From NCBI GenBank assembly GCA_965207735.1, contig OZ242296.1, forward strand, positions 1,504,001-1,568,000: DNA of 64,000 bases, in the 5' to 3' direction. This document shows, one piece after another, positions 62,156 through 64,000 of this stretch. Under the pieces are notes generated by a model. That model ran no database searches. It was given only the letters and a program-made list of their open reading frames with translations, and was not told the origin of the DNA. Source of the stretch: Candidatus Versatilivorator sp. Lineage in GTDB: Bacteria; Acidobacteriota; Terriglobia; Versatilivoradales; Versatilivoraceae. How positions within the stretch are numbered: position 1 is the first letter of the stretch; every line of letters starts with the position of its first letter. The translations under genes were made by a program, and so were the position numbers.

Positions 62156-62692
62156 ATGGAAAAACAAGAGACTGGATTCGACGACGAGTTGACAGCAATC
62201 CAAACAGTCTTGAAGACACTGAAACCACTGGAACCGGACTCTCGCCAACGCTTAATCGAGTACGTCACCGCTCGCTTCGAAATCTCGACCGTGCGTGAAG
62301 GCCGAACAGATTTGGCGCCGGGAAAGGTTGAGGACAACGAGAACTCTCCCGCAGTTGAGAAGAAGACCACGCCACAGGTCAGTTTCGAAACGTTCGCAGA
62401 ATTGTTTGATGCTGCGCAGCCTCATGACAACGGGCAAAAAGCGCTAGTTGCGGGATATTGGGTGCAGGAATGCGATGGTGCTGACACGTTTAGTGGATTC
62501 TCGATAAATAAGGCGCTTAGAGACCTTGGCTATGGGATTCCCAATATCACTAACGCGTTTGACAGTTTGAAGCGGCAGACCCCAGCCTTGGTAGTACAGT
62601 TGAAAAAAAGTGGCAAAAGCCGACAGGCTCGAAAGGCCTACAAGATCACAAAAGCTGGGATTAAAGCCGTCGAGACTATGATCAGTGGATGA
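62156..62692 (+). CDS. Hypothetical protein with probable C-terminal wHTH
   Basis: SD AGGAGG; YKITKAG wing-like motif. Confidence 0.6.
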   Translation: MEKQETGFDDELTAIQTVLKTLKPLEPDSRQRLIEYVTARFEISTVREGRTDLAPGKVEDNENSPAVEKKTTPQVSFETFAELFDAAQPHDNGQKALVAGYWVQECDGADTFSGFSINKALRDLGYGIPNITNAFDSLKRQTPALVVQLKKSGKSRQARKAYKITKAGIKAVETMISG

Positions 62693-63428
62693 AGCTAGGC
62701 TTGCTCAGGCAATCGAATCACTCGTAGGGAGAAAGCTGGCACGGGACTTGGCAGCCGACTTCCTCAAGTTGCGCCTCGACGTCGCCGCCGGCACGCTAGA
62801 GCGGGCCTCCGCTGGCAAGTTTGTCGAATCATTCGTCCAATGCCTGCAACAAATTTCTAGCGGCAAATACGATGCCGCACCAAATGTCGACGACTATTTG
62901 AACAAGCGAGTCGAAGGCGATACAGCGCTCCCAGAAGGCCTTCGGCTTTGTAGCAGTCGGGTTGCGCGTTCCATCTACACTATGCGGAACAAGCGTAATA
63001 TAGCTCACAAAGGCGAGATCGACCCCAACCGCATAGACTTGGAATTTACCTACCACGGAGCGGCTTGGATCATGGCGGAACTGATACGTTGCGGGTCCGG
63101 CATCACAATGGAGGAATCTGGGGAATTGATAAGACTCATCAAGGCGCCAGTTGGAACGCTAGTAGAGGAAATCGATGGTGTCCGGATTGTGCACGCCAAG
63201 GTCTCAACCCGTATAGAGATGCTACTCCTGCTTCACAGTAAGCACCCCGATCCTGTGACGTCTTCGCAGCTTGCCGAATGGATGGGCAAGAACACCCCGA
63301 CGGTGAGAGCCCGCTTGAGCAACTTGCGCTCGGAACGCCTTATCGTTGGTGACGGGAAAAAGGGCTTTAAACTTACCTCACCAGGATATGCCACAGCCAT
63401 CGCAGAAATCGAGAAGCTTTCCAAGTAG
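62685..63428 (+). CDS. HEPN-like domain plus C-terminal wHTH protein
   Basis: RNKRNIAH motif; VRARLSNL...FKLTSPG; overlaps the upstream gene. Confidence 0.6.
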   Translation: MDEARLAQAIESLVGRKLARDLAADFLKLRLDVAAGTLERASAGKFVESFVQCLQQISSGKYDAAPNVDDYLNKRVEGDTALPEGLRLCSSRVARSIYTMRNKRNIAHKGEIDPNRIDLEFTYHGAAWIMAELIRCGSGITMEESGELIRLIKAPVGTLVEEIDGVRIVHAKVSTRIEMLLLLHSKHPDPVTSSQLAEWMGKNTPTVRARLSNLRSERLIVGDGKKGFKLTSPGYATAIAEIEKLSK

Positions 63429-63694
63429 CAGAGCAGGACGGTACACACGAAATGGTTTGTCAGCCGAACCAGAATTCCTGGATCGAACCTCCTCCAGAAC
63501 GGGCAGCATTTGTCCAAAATTTCCCAACACCTCACTCCGCTACTACGCGTTGATCTGCGATCGGATAGCTTTATTTCACGGCGCGCCTGCCTCCATGGTA
63601 AAGTCGCGCCCACCCATTCCGGCGGTGCCTCCAGCGACTCCGTGCGACTCCGTGGCCCAAGGATCGCGATCTAGTCCAAGTCAGAGAAAGACCC

Positions 63695-64000
63695 GTGAGA
63701 TCCCTGACGATATCGGCCCTGCTGGTGTTCCTGGTCAATGCGTTTTCGGCCGGCGCCAGCGCGGCGGAGATCAAGATTGCCTCCTGGAACATATACTGGC
63801 TCACCTCGGAAGACCCGAATCATCACAGACGCAAGGCCAGCGACTACGTCAAGTTGGCCGATTACGCAAATGACCTGGACGCGGACGTCATCGCCCTGCA
63901 GGAAGTCGATGCGGGCTTTGTACGCAAGGTGTTCCCTCCGCAGCAGTACAGTATTGAATTATCGCGCCGGCACGACACCAGGCAACGCACCGGCTTCGCC
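63695..64000 (+). CDS. Partial secreted EEP-family nuclease/phosphatase
   Basis: Manual translation: signal peptide, IASWNI, ADVIALQEVD; runs off the window. Confidence 0.75.
   Translation, partial: MRSLTISALLVFLVNAFSAGASAAEIKIASWNIYWLTSEDPNHHRRKASDYVKLADYANDLDADVIALQEVDAGFVRKVFPPQQYSIELSRRHDTRQRTGFA

Overview
High-GC bacterial DNA. Its style suggests an Acidobacteriota-like, possibly sponge-associated organism (REP-like stem-loops, YWTD and TPR proteins, sterol reductase); this is inference only. 1-12.4 kb is backbone: a PQQ-type propeller, a complete 2-hydroxyisobutyryl-CoA mutase operon (hcmB-hcl-meaH-hcmA, with hcl apparently starting at ATC), an enolase-family dehydratase and a lipoprotein rhodanese with an in-frame UGA at the catalytic Cys. 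12.6-39.3 kb is a P4-type tyrosine-integrase island that appears inserted inside a REP-like repeat. It carries defence cargo (Zorya type II, a ParB-like/putative nuclease/C5-MTase/Vsr locus, Swt1-like HEPN, NDT-like, EEP), a YWTD surface protein, integrase and IS debris, and five diverged copies of a structured non-coding module, two of which join the integrase at its catalytic HxxR box. 39.5-47.5 kb holds an amidase, an esterase, a coupled ATPase + ATPase-wHTH-TPR pair and yfiT. 47.6-60 kb is an IS-rich patch (IS1380, IS5-like, IS1634) with an ERG4/ERG24 + DUF1295 sterol-reductase pair, an AbiE-like TA pair, a cold-shock gene and TA/AlbA debris. 60.4-64 kb holds a second enolase-family gene, a wHTH + HEPN-like pair and a partial secreted EEP nuclease. 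All family calls come from motif recognition by eye, not database searches.
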